Shown here in pieces: positions 42,542 through 51,158 of a stretch of DNA of 64,000 bases. Made by a program: the position numbers and the translations under genes. Position 1 is the first letter of the stretch. Each line of letters opens with the position of its first letter. Origin of the DNA: Candidatus Multivoradales bacterium (GTDB lineage Bacteria > Acidobacteriota > Thermoanaerobaculia > Multivoradales > JAHEKO01); NCBI GenBank assembly GCA_965223855.1, contig CBDCXM010000009.1:192001-256000 (forward strand), given 5' to 3'. Under the pieces are notes generated by a model. That model made no database searches. It saw only the letters and a list, made by a program, of their open reading frames with translations, and was not told the origin of the DNA.

Positions 42542-44538
42542 TCCCGGCCGACCTTGTCTCTCAAGCGCGCTAGATTCTGCCGAAAGAGCCCGTTCTCCGG
42601 ATCGAGCTCGAGTCCTCTCTCGAGCGCTTGGATCGCGCAGTCGTACCGGCCGGTGAGGTAGCAGAGATTCGAGCGGTAGTGGTAGACGACCGCCTCGTCC
42701 GGCACCAGCGCCTCCAGCTCGTCGATGGCCCGCTCCGCCTCCTCGTAGTCGGTGCGCTCGAGCGCGTCCTTGGCACGCCGCAGCAGAAGGGCTGCCTGAC
42801 GCTCGGTCGGAGTGCTCGCGACTCTGCCGACCCTGGGCGCCCCCAGACGGTCCAGCGCCGCGGACGAGGGACCGTGCTCCGCGTCGTACTGCAGCGCACG
42901 CTGGAACGAGGCGATCGCGCCCTCGCGGTCACCCTCTTCCTCGTGGATCCTGCCGAGAGTGAAGACGGCCCCGGCACTGTCCGGCGCCAGCTCGAGGGCG
43001 GTCTCGACGCTCGTTCGTGCCTGTTCGATCCGGCCGAGACCGATGAGGGCCGAGGCGAGAGCGGTATGGAGCCCCGCGTCCTCCGGCTCCTCCCTGAGCA
43101 GCTGGTGGAACGCCACCGCCGCCTCCCTGTAGCGCCCGGCCCGCAAAGCGAGGGCGCCGTCATTGCGCAGGGTTGCCGATCGGTCCGAGTCCGACCGGTC
43201 GATGTAGCCCAGCGCTTCGAGCTTCTCGAGAACGGCATCGTCGACCGCCGCGTCGCGTGGCCCTCCGGCGGCGGATCTCTCGCCCACGCCCTCGACGGTC
43301 GCGACTCTCGACGGAACGGCGAGCGACGTGAACGCCTCGGTGAGCACCCTTCCCGGCATCTCGTCCGAGGCGGGCAGACCGCCGAGCGCCAGAAGGGTCG
43401 GCGCGAAGTCGAACAGCCCGGCCCCCTCCAGTCGCGCTCCCGGCCGTACCCGATGGCCGAAGAGGTAGAGAACGCCCTCGATCTCGTGGCTTTCGTGCGA
43501 GACCCTCCGCAGATCACGGGCGCGGCTGGGGTCGTCGAGGACCTCGCCGAGCGCGAAGCCGTGGTCCGAGACGACCACGAGGGTCGTCGACTCGTCCATG
43601 GCCGCGACGAACTCGCCGACCACCCGATCGAGGTACTCGTACATCGCCGTGATCGTCCGGCCGAAGCGTTGCTGCTGCTCGAGCAGCTCTCCGGCGAGAT
43701 CGGTGCGACCGTGGAGGTGGCCGAAGAGGTGGGAAACGGTGTCCGCTCCCTCGAAGTACACCATCAGGTTCTCGGGCCGGCGCGTGTTCCAGATCTCGAG
43801 GCCGATCCTCCGGTAGCTGTCGGCGGTGGCGATCGCCCACTTGAGGTGGCTCAGATCGTCGCCGAACCGGAAGTCCCCGGCCGAGGTCTCGCGATCGACG
43901 TCCGCGAAGGCGAGGACTTCTTCGGCGCTCAGATCGTCCGCCTCCCTGAAGAGCGGCATCAGCTCCTCTGCCGCCTCCGGCGGGTAGGCGAGTCCGGGCA
44001 GATCCTCGTCGGTCTCCCCCGTCGCCGCGAGCAGGAAGTGAAATCCGGCGCGGTCGCTCAGGACGAGCCCGCGATCGACCGCCTCGGCGGGCCAGGTCGC
44101 CCACCAGCCGACGACGGCCGACTCCTTCCCGGCCTCCCCCCACAGGTTCCACAGAGCCTTCACCCGCCGCTCCCGGCTGGTGATCGGCAGCTCCCGGCCG
44201 TCCTCTCCGGGAACGGTGAACGCCGTCACACCGTGATCGAGCGGCTCGCGCCCGGTCGCCAGCGTCGTCCACAGGATCGGGCTCAGCAACGGCGGCTGGC
44301 TCTCGAACCGCCCGAAGGCTCCTTCGGCGAGCAGCCGCTCGAAAGTCGGCATCCTCCCTTCGCCGACCAACTGATCGACGACGTCGGGATCGAAGCCGTC
44401 GAGTCCGAGAACGAGCAGCCGCCCCGGCCCCTCCCCGTCATCGGAGTGAACCTCGGCCCGCTCGGGGCCGTCGCAGCCGCCCGCGACCGTCAGGGCCGCG
44501 CAGATCAGCAGATTCCAGAAGCCGTAGGACGTTCGCAA
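42538..44538 (-). CDS. Alkaline phosphatase/nucleotide pyrophosphatase superfamily lipoprotein with C-terminal TPRs
   Basis: AGGC lipobox; LGLDGFD, LLSPILWTTLATG, DTVSH, SDHGF, LEALGYI, then TPR repeats. Confidence 0.87.
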   Translation of the reverse strand: MRTSYGFWNLLICAALTVAGGCDGPERAEVHSDDGEGPGRLLVLGLDGFDPDVVDQLVGEGRMPTFERLLAEGAFGRFESQPPLLSPILWTTLATGREPLDHGVTAFTVPGEDGRELPITSRERRVKALWNLWGEAGKESAVVGWWATWPAEAVDRGLVLSDRAGFHFLLAATGETDEDLPGLAYPPEAAEELMPLFREADDLSAEEVLAFADVDRETSAGDFRFGDDLSHLKWAIATADSYRRIGLEIWNTRRPENLMVYFEGADTVSHLFGHLHGRTDLAGELLEQQQRFGRTITAMYEYLDRVVGEFVAAMDESTTLVVVSDHGFALGEVLDDPSRARDLRRVSHESHEIEGVLYLFGHRVRPGARLEGAGLFDFAPTLLALGGLPASDEMPGRVLTEAFTSLAVPSRVATVEGVGERSAAGGPRDAAVDDAVLEKLEALGYIDRSDSDRSATLRNDGALALRAGRYREAAVAFHQLLREEPEDAGLHTALASALIGLGRIEQARTSVETALELAPDSAGAVFTLGRIHEEEGDREGAIASFQRALQYDAEHGPSSAALDRLGAPRVGRVASTPTERQAALLLRRAKDALERTDYEEAERAIDELEALVPDEAVVYHYRSNLCYLTGRYDCAIQALERGLELDPENGLFRQNLARLRDKVGRE

Positions 44539-44577
44539 CGAGCTCCCCTGCCGGAACGAGCCGGCGTCGACCGTATA

Positions 44578-44608
44578 GAAAAAGAGAGCCGGGACAAGCC
44601 CGGCTCTC
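44578..44608 (-). terminator. Intrinsic terminator after the small secreted protein gene
   Basis: Minus strand GAGAGCCGGG-CTTGT-CCCGGCTCTC followed by TTTTT. Confidence 0.85.
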
Positions 44609-44631
44609 CGAAAGACTTCCTCAGGTGAGGG

Positions 44632-45321
44632 TCAGTCGACCTCGAAGGACTGCAGGTCGACCGGAATCATCGCATCCTGGCCGATCAGCTGGAACAGGAA
44701 GTCCGGATTGGTGCCGCCTCCCACGCCGCAAGTGGTCATGCGGTCCCAGTCGGTGCAGGTGGTGCCGAAGCCGCCACCGGGGTTGCGCCACACGGCACCC
44801 GAGTTGCTGGCCGTCGTCCGGTTGCTCCAGAAGTGCTGGCCGTCGGTGCCGAAATTCTGCGACACCTGGATCGCCACCCAGTGGGTGCCCATCGGCAGGA
44901 TGCAGGAGGTCGGCAGCACGATGTTCAGCGAGCCGCCGGCGTCGTTGGCCACGATCCCCGTGTAGGAGCAGGTCGCCGCCGCATCTGGAAAACCGGCGTT
45001 GTCGGGATAGAAGTTCACCGCGACCGAGTCGCTGCCGCCGCCGGAGGTGCCGACGGTGTTGACTTCCTCGATCTCCCAACCCGTCGGGCTGGTCACGACG
45101 AAGTCGTCCGCACCCTCGGAGTCGTAGGCGTCGTAGGCGGCCTCGAAGTCCTGATCCGGCGCGCCGTTGCCCGAGGCGTTGTCGGTCTGATCGTAGAGCA
45201 CGCCGGGGCCGACTGCGGGCACGATACCGGTCGCGCCGGCTTCGACGCTCGGCTGCGCCTGCGCGGCGGCGGCGATCATCACGAGGCCGAAGACGGCCAG
45301 TGCTGCGATGCGAAACTTCAT
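44632..45321 (-). CDS. Small secreted acidic beta-rich protein with C-terminal IPVDLQSFEVD tag
   Basis: Sec signal peptide (AQA|QP), LYDQ...ADDFVV domain, four Cys, strong GC3 bias; function unknown. Confidence 0.88.
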   Translation of the reverse strand: MKFRIAALAVFGLVMIAAAAQAQPSVEAGATGIVPAVGPGVLYDQTDNASGNGAPDQDFEAAYDAYDSEGADDFVVTSPTGWEIEEVNTVGTSGGGSDSVAVNFYPDNAGFPDAAATCSYTGIVANDAGGSLNIVLPTSCILPMGTHWVAIQVSQNFGTDGQHFWSNRTTASNSGAVWRNPGGGFGTTCTDWDRMTTCGVGGGTNPDFLFQLIGQDAMIPVDLQSFEVD

Positions 45322-45401
45322 TGAGTTCCCTCCGTTTTCTCCAGGATCGGCGACTGGCGAAGCGCCAGCACCGGTTGACTCTCTTCTACGTCCGAACTCT
45401 T

Positions 45402-45431
45402 AGCCTAGAGGGCGGTACCTTTCGGCGTCAA
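45402..45431 (-). promoter_or_regulatory. Putative sigma70 promoter for the 229-aa secreted protein gene
   Basis: TTGACG (45431-45426), 18-nt spacer, TAGGCT (45407-45402). Confidence 0.55.
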
Positions 45432-45457
45432 GTCGGAGGGATCGCCCCCTCAGCCCC

Positions 45458-48400
45458 TCAGAAGCGAGTGCCGATCCAGAACGAGGACTCGAAGGCGCCG
45501 TCTGACGTCTCGAAGTCGGTCCGCTTCGCGAAGTCGAAGTTCAGATCGACTCCGAGGAATCTGACCGTCAGGCCGTAGCCGTAGGAGGCGACGCCGTCTT
45601 CGAGCCGGTCCAGATCCTCGTTCCAGAAGTTGAAGCTGCCGAGGTCGTCGAACCACGCCCCGCCGATATCGACGAAGAAGACTCCGCGCACGCCGCCGAA
45701 GTTGACGAGCGGTGTCGAGAACTGGTCGAACAGCGGGAAGCGCAGCTCGATGTTGGCGAAGAAGCCCTGATCGCCGACCAGCGAGCGGAAGTCGAACCCG
45801 CGCACGGTGTCTAGGCCGCCGAAGTAGACCGGGTTGGGGACGTCGCCCTCGTTGAACGAGCCGAGGAGGCGTATCGCGAAGTTCGAGCGCGGCGTCAACC
45901 TCAGGTACTGCCGGTAGTCGAGCGAGAGGTTGGTGAAGAGCGTTCCGGTCTCCCCCTCCTGCTGGTCGAGGTTGGGCGCGTGGCTCAGAGAGAGACGCCA
46001 GCGCTTCCCTGATACGGCGCCCCAGGGCATGAAAACGGCCGTGTCGCCGACCAGCGCGGCCCGCGCGATCGGATAGTCGTCGGTCCGCGGCTCCAGAGTC
46101 GGCACGGCGATGCCGAACGGAAAGAACTCGTCGAGGACCATCGCGAGCTCGTCCGGGGGCAGGTCTTCAAGGCCCAGACCCTGAAGCCCCGGCTCGAGCT
46201 CGAGAATCTGCTCGAGCGAGAACTGAGCCGGATCGACCCGCGCGAAGCTCTGAAAGTTGAGCTCACGCCGGACGTAGCCGCCCCCGATCTCGAATCGGTG
46301 CGTCGGATTGAACGGGAAGATCAGTCCGGCCTCGAGACCGGTCTGGCGAAACGCGGTGGCTCCCCGATCGAGGAACCCGCGGAAGTCGCGCCCGATGAAG
46401 AACGTCTCGTCGTCGTAGAGGTTGAGCGTCCACTGCTGGCGCTTCGAGAAGTCGGCGTAGATGAAGTCGAACTCCTGGAAGCTCTCGATCCCCTGGAAGG
46501 CGGCGATGATCCGCCGGTCCCCGAGGTAGTCCGTCCAGCGGATGATCGTCTGCCCGATGACCGTCTGATCGTCCGAGATGCCGAAGTAGGCGTCGACGTC
46601 CTCGAGGAAGAACTGGAACTTCGGGTAGTCGTCCTTGTTGGCGTCGTCGATCGACACCTCGATGCTCGGCTCGAAGGCGGGCAGCTCGGGATCGACTTCG
46701 GTGCTCGCGTCGCGCGCCTCCTCGATCACGATCGGCTCGGTGATCGGATCGTTGAGGTCCTGAACGTAGATGTCGTTGCGCTGCTTCCAGAACGCGCTGT
46801 AGACGAGGCGCTCCTTGCCGTCGGGAGACGCCAGGATCGCCGGCTGCCAGCAGGTGGTCACCGTGTTGGTGTGCTGAAGCAGCTCGCCGGTCTCGAGGTT
46901 GAGACCGTAGATGTCGTCGGAGCCGGAGCGGTCGGAGGTGAAGTAGAGGCGCCGGCCGTCGGGCGAGAACGCCGCGTCGGTGTCGTTCGAGTCGCCGAAA
47001 GTGAGCTGCTCGCGCTCTGTCGGATTGTCGAGATCGATGCGATAGAGCTTGCCGTAGCCGCCGGCCACCGAGGTCATGACCATCGACTCGCCGTCGGGCG
47101 AGTAGACCGGAGCGCCGTCGAAGACGTCGTCGTTGGTGACCGCGCGCGTCTCGCCCGACGAGACGTCGGTCGCGAAGACGTCGAACCGCCCGTCGCGATA
47201 GCCGGCGAAAGCGACGTTGCGACCGTCGGGGCTCCAGGCGGGACCGGTCGGCTGGGAGACGCCCAGTTCGATCACTCTACGAACCTTGCCGCGCAGCACG
47301 TCGAGCAGAACCAGCTTGCGCCCTGCTCCCTGGCGGGCGAAGAAGGCGATCGTGTTGCCGTCCGGGGAGAACGCCAGGTCGCGACCCATCTTGCGGCCGA
47401 GGGTCAGCTCCTGGGCGACGTAGTACTCGAAATCGTCCTTCAATCCCTTCGTCAGGTTGCGGATGATCTCGCGGCTCCGGGTGTCGATCAACACCACGTC
47501 GACGTCGCCCTTGTGGGTCGAGAACGCGGCCACCAGGTCGCCGGACGGCGACGGGCTGGGAGACGTCATGATCCCGGAAAAGATCGTCTGCTCGCGGCGG
47601 AACACCCGGCCGTAGTCGGAAGGCTCACCGGTATCGACGAGTTCCGGCAAGTACTTCCTGCGCAACCAGCGGCGGAAGTCGGCGTCGAGATCCTCGGGGC
47701 GGATCTGGAACGCCCGCTCGAACGCCCGGCCGGGACGACCGCTCAGGTTGGTGCGGACCTCGGCCAGCAGATCGCGGACACCGTCCTCTCCCCACCGCTC
47801 CTCGACGTAGTCGAACACCGCGTGTCCGAAGCGGTAGGCGAAGAAACCGCCGACATTGCCCTGCGTCACCGAAGGAATCCGGTCGTTCACCACCGCGTCG
47901 CGAAGGTACCCCTTGTCGCGCGCCGTCTCGTCCTTCGCGTAGTAGCTCGCCATCCCCTCCATGAACCACTGCGGCAGCGAGCCGCCCAGCCCCTTCGCCG
48001 CCCGCCCTTCGTAGATCATCGAGAACTGAAAGACGTGGGTCAGCTCGTGGAGGACCAGTGCCATCAGCTCCGGATCGGGCATGTCGACCGGCAGCACCAT
48101 CCGGTTGCGGGTCGGCACGGCGAAGGCACCCACACCCTCGGGGATGAAGTTGAGGATGATGTTGTTCTGCTCGAACTCCGCGTGAGTCGCGTAGTAGATG
48201 AGCGGCACCGCGTCCTTGATCTGGTGGTCGAACCGCCGCGAAAGCTCGTCGTAGGCGCTCTCGGCATAGGACACCACCTTCTGCAGGTGCCCTTCGGCCT
48301 CCGGGTAGTAGTGCACGTCGAAGTGCGGCGAGTGGTAGACCTTCCAGTCGAACTCGCTGTACTGAACCTTGTTCTTGCCGAAGTACTGAGCGGAGGCGGC

Positions 48401-48469
48401 GCCCGCCCCCAGCAGCAGGGCGGCGATCACGAGAGTAGGGACGACGGTGTGCGTGCGGGGTCGAGTCAA
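45458..48469 (-). CDS. Omp85/BamA-TamA family outer membrane protein with N-terminal gluzincin-like peptidase domain and PD40/TolB-like propeller
   Basis: Signal peptide, QYFGKNKVQY, HELTH + PQWFMEGMA, repeated FSPDG/WSPDG, loop-6 GGLDTVRGF, ELRFP, terminal FWIGTRF. Confidence 0.88.
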   Translation of the reverse strand: MTRPRTHTVVPTLVIAALLLGAGAASAQYFGKNKVQYSEFDWKVYHSPHFDVHYYPEAEGHLQKVVSYAESAYDELSRRFDHQIKDAVPLIYYATHAEFEQNNIILNFIPEGVGAFAVPTRNRMVLPVDMPDPELMALVLHELTHVFQFSMIYEGRAAKGLGGSLPQWFMEGMASYYAKDETARDKGYLRDAVVNDRIPSVTQGNVGGFFAYRFGHAVFDYVEERWGEDGVRDLLAEVRTNLSGRPGRAFERAFQIRPEDLDADFRRWLRRKYLPELVDTGEPSDYGRVFRREQTIFSGIMTSPSPSPSGDLVAAFSTHKGDVDVVLIDTRSREIIRNLTKGLKDDFEYYVAQELTLGRKMGRDLAFSPDGNTIAFFARQGAGRKLVLLDVLRGKVRRVIELGVSQPTGPAWSPDGRNVAFAGYRDGRFDVFATDVSSGETRAVTNDDVFDGAPVYSPDGESMVMTSVAGGYGKLYRIDLDNPTEREQLTFGDSNDTDAAFSPDGRRLYFTSDRSGSDDIYGLNLETGELLQHTNTVTTCWQPAILASPDGKERLVYSAFWKQRNDIYVQDLNDPITEPIVIEEARDASTEVDPELPAFEPSIEVSIDDANKDDYPKFQFFLEDVDAYFGISDDQTVIGQTIIRWTDYLGDRRIIAAFQGIESFQEFDFIYADFSKRQQWTLNLYDDETFFIGRDFRGFLDRGATAFRQTGLEAGLIFPFNPTHRFEIGGGYVRRELNFQSFARVDPAQFSLEQILELEPGLQGLGLEDLPPDELAMVLDEFFPFGIAVPTLEPRTDDYPIARAALVGDTAVFMPWGAVSGKRWRLSLSHAPNLDQQEGETGTLFTNLSLDYRQYLRLTPRSNFAIRLLGSFNEGDVPNPVYFGGLDTVRGFDFRSLVGDQGFFANIELRFPLFDQFSTPLVNFGGVRGVFFVDIGGAWFDDLGSFNFWNEDLDRLEDGVASYGYGLTVRFLGVDLNFDFAKRTDFETSDGAFESSFWIGTRF

Positions 48470-48534
48470 ATCGCTCTCCTTGATGTCGGGCCGTCACTCC
48501 CGGAGGTCCGACCTCCGCGACCGGCCCGAGCGAC

Positions 48535-49233
48535 TCAGTCGGTGAAGAGAATGCGGGAAGTTCTCACCCGCTTCTGGGCGAAGACGCCGGCGATGCGATC
48601 CTCGAGCGCGTAGAGGTTCTCGAACATCCCGGCGAGCGGGTCGGCGCTGGCGCCTTCAAATTCCTTGAAGTCCTTGAAGTTGTCCGAGTGGAGCTGCTCC
48701 CCGGTGCGACCGTCGTAGACCTGCATGACGATGTCGTACTCGAAGCCGCTGCGCTCGACGAGCACCTGACGGAAGTAGGTGCGGCCGTCGTAGGGGTGGA
48801 CGTACTCCTCGGTCCGGTAGCCGCTGCGATCCTGAATGTCGAAATCGAGGCTGCCGGTCAGGAGCAGGTCGGCGCGGCTACGTTCCCCGATCACCCGCCA
48901 GAAGTCCTGATTCGTGGCGAGATCGTCGAGGTCGCGACTCGGGTACTCCACGCCTCGTGCCGGGACGATCTTGAGCTGAGCGCGGCGCCGCAGGATGCGT
49001 CGCATGTAGCGCTCAAACTCCTCCTGGACGTTGACGCCTCGCCGTTCGAGCGGCGCCTCACCCTCCTCGAGCGGCACGAGGAACGGTGCGATAGCGACCG
49101 TCTCGTAGCCGCGCAGGTCGATCTCGGACGGCACCGGCACCTCGAACTGCACCTCGATGTCGCCGGCCATCGTCGACACGGCGACGAGCGCTCCGGCAAC
49201 CGTCAGCAACGCTGCACTCCAGTGGCGATTCAT
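48535..49233 (-). CDS. Exported hypothetical protein (possible CsgG/TolB-N-like alpha/beta fold)
   Basis: Signal peptide; VAIAPF...ADLLLTGS...VYDGRTGE pattern; co-transcribed with TPR and Omp85 genes. Confidence 0.7.
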   Translation of the reverse strand: MNRHWSAALLTVAGALVAVSTMAGDIEVQFEVPVPSEIDLRGYETVAIAPFLVPLEEGEAPLERRGVNVQEEFERYMRRILRRRAQLKIVPARGVEYPSRDLDDLATNQDFWRVIGERSRADLLLTGSLDFDIQDRSGYRTEEYVHPYDGRTYFRQVLVERSGFEYDIVMQVYDGRTGEQLHSDNFKDFKEFEGASADPLAGMFENLYALEDRIAGVFAQKRVRTSRILFTD

Positions 49234-49715
49234 GTCGATGATCCCCCTTCGGCAGAGGCCGTCTCGTCCTCACCCTCTTCCTCTTGTCCGGCTTCCTCTT
49301 GCCCGGCTTCCTGCTCGGACTCGGCCTGCTCCGCTTCTGCGGGGTCGGCCTCGTCCTTCTCGTAGGCCTGGTAGAACTCCAGGAAGCGGCTGTAGTTCTG
49401 GCGCAACTCACGATTGCCCTGAGACGCCGCCAGCGCCTCTTTGTACGCCTCGAGGGCCTGCTCGAAGAGACCCATCGCCTCGTAGGCAACGGCGATGTTG
49501 TTGAGCACCTCGGCGTTGCGCGGCTCCAGCCTGCTCGCCTGCTGGAAGCGGAACAGAGCCTCGCGCCACAGGCCGCGCTGGGCCATCTTCACCCCGAAGG
49601 CGAGTTGAGAATCCGCCTTCGCCGCTTCGAGCCGCGCCGGCGTCGAGCACAGCGCGCCGGCTGCGAGGCCGGCGATCACCACCAGGGTTCTCAGTCGCAT
49701 CGCTTTCTGCTCCAT
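49230..49715 (-). CDS. Small exported TPR protein with acidic tail
   Basis: GLWREALFRFQQA...LNNIAVAYEAMG...AYKEAL TPR pair; start may be 49700. Confidence 0.8.
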   Translation of the reverse strand: MEQKAMRLRTLVVIAGLAAGALCSTPARLEAAKADSQLAFGVKMAQRGLWREALFRFQQASRLEPRNAEVLNNIAVAYEAMGLFEQALEAYKEALAASQGNRELRQNYSRFLEFYQAYEKDEADPAEAEQAESEQEAGQEEAGQEEEGEDETASAEGGSST

Positions 49716-49893
49716 CCGTCGTTGAATACGGCTGGAGGCAGTATATCGGTCTGCCGTGCGCGCCCTCGGGCGGTTTCTTCGGTGTCGGACGCTGTGCGAT
49801 TCATCCCGCTCCCTCCGTCTGGTGAGTTCGTAACCCCCTGCTCGATCGGTTTATGCCCGAGGCGAGCCGAGGGTCCCGAAAAGGAGCGATCCC

Positions 49894-51051
49894 CTGGCAC
49901 GAACCCGCCGTTCACGTCCGAGCCCCCGTCCGAACCCCGGTCTGAGTAGAGAGCAGCTCGTCGCTCTCAACGCCGACCTCGAGCTGCCCCGCGGGGCGGT
50001 GTGTGCCCTCGCTCGCAGCGAGATCTCCTGGTGGAGGGAAGCGAAGGCCACGGACGCACTCGCTGCCGGGGTCGGCGTCTCCCGGTCGAACCTGAAGCGA
50101 GGCCTCGCGAGCCTGAAGCTCTCGGCCGAAACGTATCGGCGCGAGTCGGAGCTCGCCGCCGAGGCCGATTCGGCCATCGTGACCGCGTGCGACGACGACT
50201 ACCCCGAGCGGCTGCGCGAGCTCGCCCTGCCACCCCCGGTCCTCTATGTCGCCGGGCACCTGCCTGAGCGCCCCGCACTCGCCGTCGTCGGCTCGCGTCT
50301 CGCCTCCGCCTATGCACGCGACGTCACGACCGGCCTCGCCGGCGAGCTCGCCGGTCGCGGTCTCGTCATCGTTTCCGGGTTCGCCCGCGGTGTCGATACC
50401 GCGGCCCACCGCGCCGCCGCCGAGGCGCCGGAAGGGATGACGGTCGCCTTTCTCGGTTGCGGCATCGACGTCGAGTACCCGCGCGGACGACGGCGCCTCA
50501 CCGAGGCGATCGTGCGACGGGGAGCGGTGGCGAGCGAGTTCCCGTGCGGCACCCAGCCGCTGCCGCGGAACTTCCCCGTTCGCAATCGCCTGATCTCCGC
50601 CTTCGGCGACTGCGGCACCCTCGTGGTCGAGGCGACCGCCCGCTCCGGCTCCCTGATCACCGCCAGGCTGGCGCTCGAACTCGGCCGCAACGTGTTCGCC
50701 GTCCCCGGCCGGATCTTCGACGACAAGGCGCGCGGCCCCAACACGCTGATCCGCGACGGCGCGTTCCCGGTCCAGCATCCCGGGGACGTCCTCATCACAC
50801 TGAACCAGGGGCAACGCGAGGCTCTCGGCGAGGAGCAAGAGGGTGCCGCCGGACCGGCGCCTCGACTGCCACCCGACCTCGAGGCCGTCTGGGAGCGGAT
50901 CGCCCCGGGAGAGCGCGTCGGCATGGAGACCCTGTTGGAGGAAAGCGGGCTTTCCGCGGCCGAGGTGAACAGTGCCTTGCTCGAGCTAGAGCTCGGCGGC
51001 TGGGTGCGAAGGCACCCCGGGCCTGCCTACAGCCGTTCGGAGATCTGGTGA
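49894..51051 (+). CDS. dprA: DNA-processing protein DprA (start uncertain: CTG 49894 or GTG 49999)
   Basis: DYPERL...PPPVLY, AVVGSR, VSGFARGVD, FPVRNRLIS, SGSLITA, AVPG; upstream of topA. Confidence 0.92.
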   Translation: MARTRRSRPSPRPNPGLSREQLVALNADLELPRGAVCALARSEISWWREAKATDALAAGVGVSRSNLKRGLASLKLSAETYRRESELAAEADSAIVTACDDDYPERLRELALPPPVLYVAGHLPERPALAVVGSRLASAYARDVTTGLAGELAGRGLVIVSGFARGVDTAAHRAAAEAPEGMTVAFLGCGIDVEYPRGRRRLTEAIVRRGAVASEFPCGTQPLPRNFPVRNRLISAFGDCGTLVVEATARSGSLITARLALELGRNVFAVPGRIFDDKARGPNTLIRDGAFPVQHPGDVLITLNQGQREALGEEQEGAAGPAPRLPPDLEAVWERIAPGERVGMETLLEESGLSAAEVNSALLELELGGWVRRHPGPAYSRSEIW

Positions 51052-51158
51052 GAGACGCTTTCCGCCCTGTGGTAACGTCCCCGCCCGCTGCGGCGCCCGA
51101 GATGCCGGGCGCAGCAGATTTCCGGCATTTCTGAACGGTTTTCGCGGAGTTCCGACAA

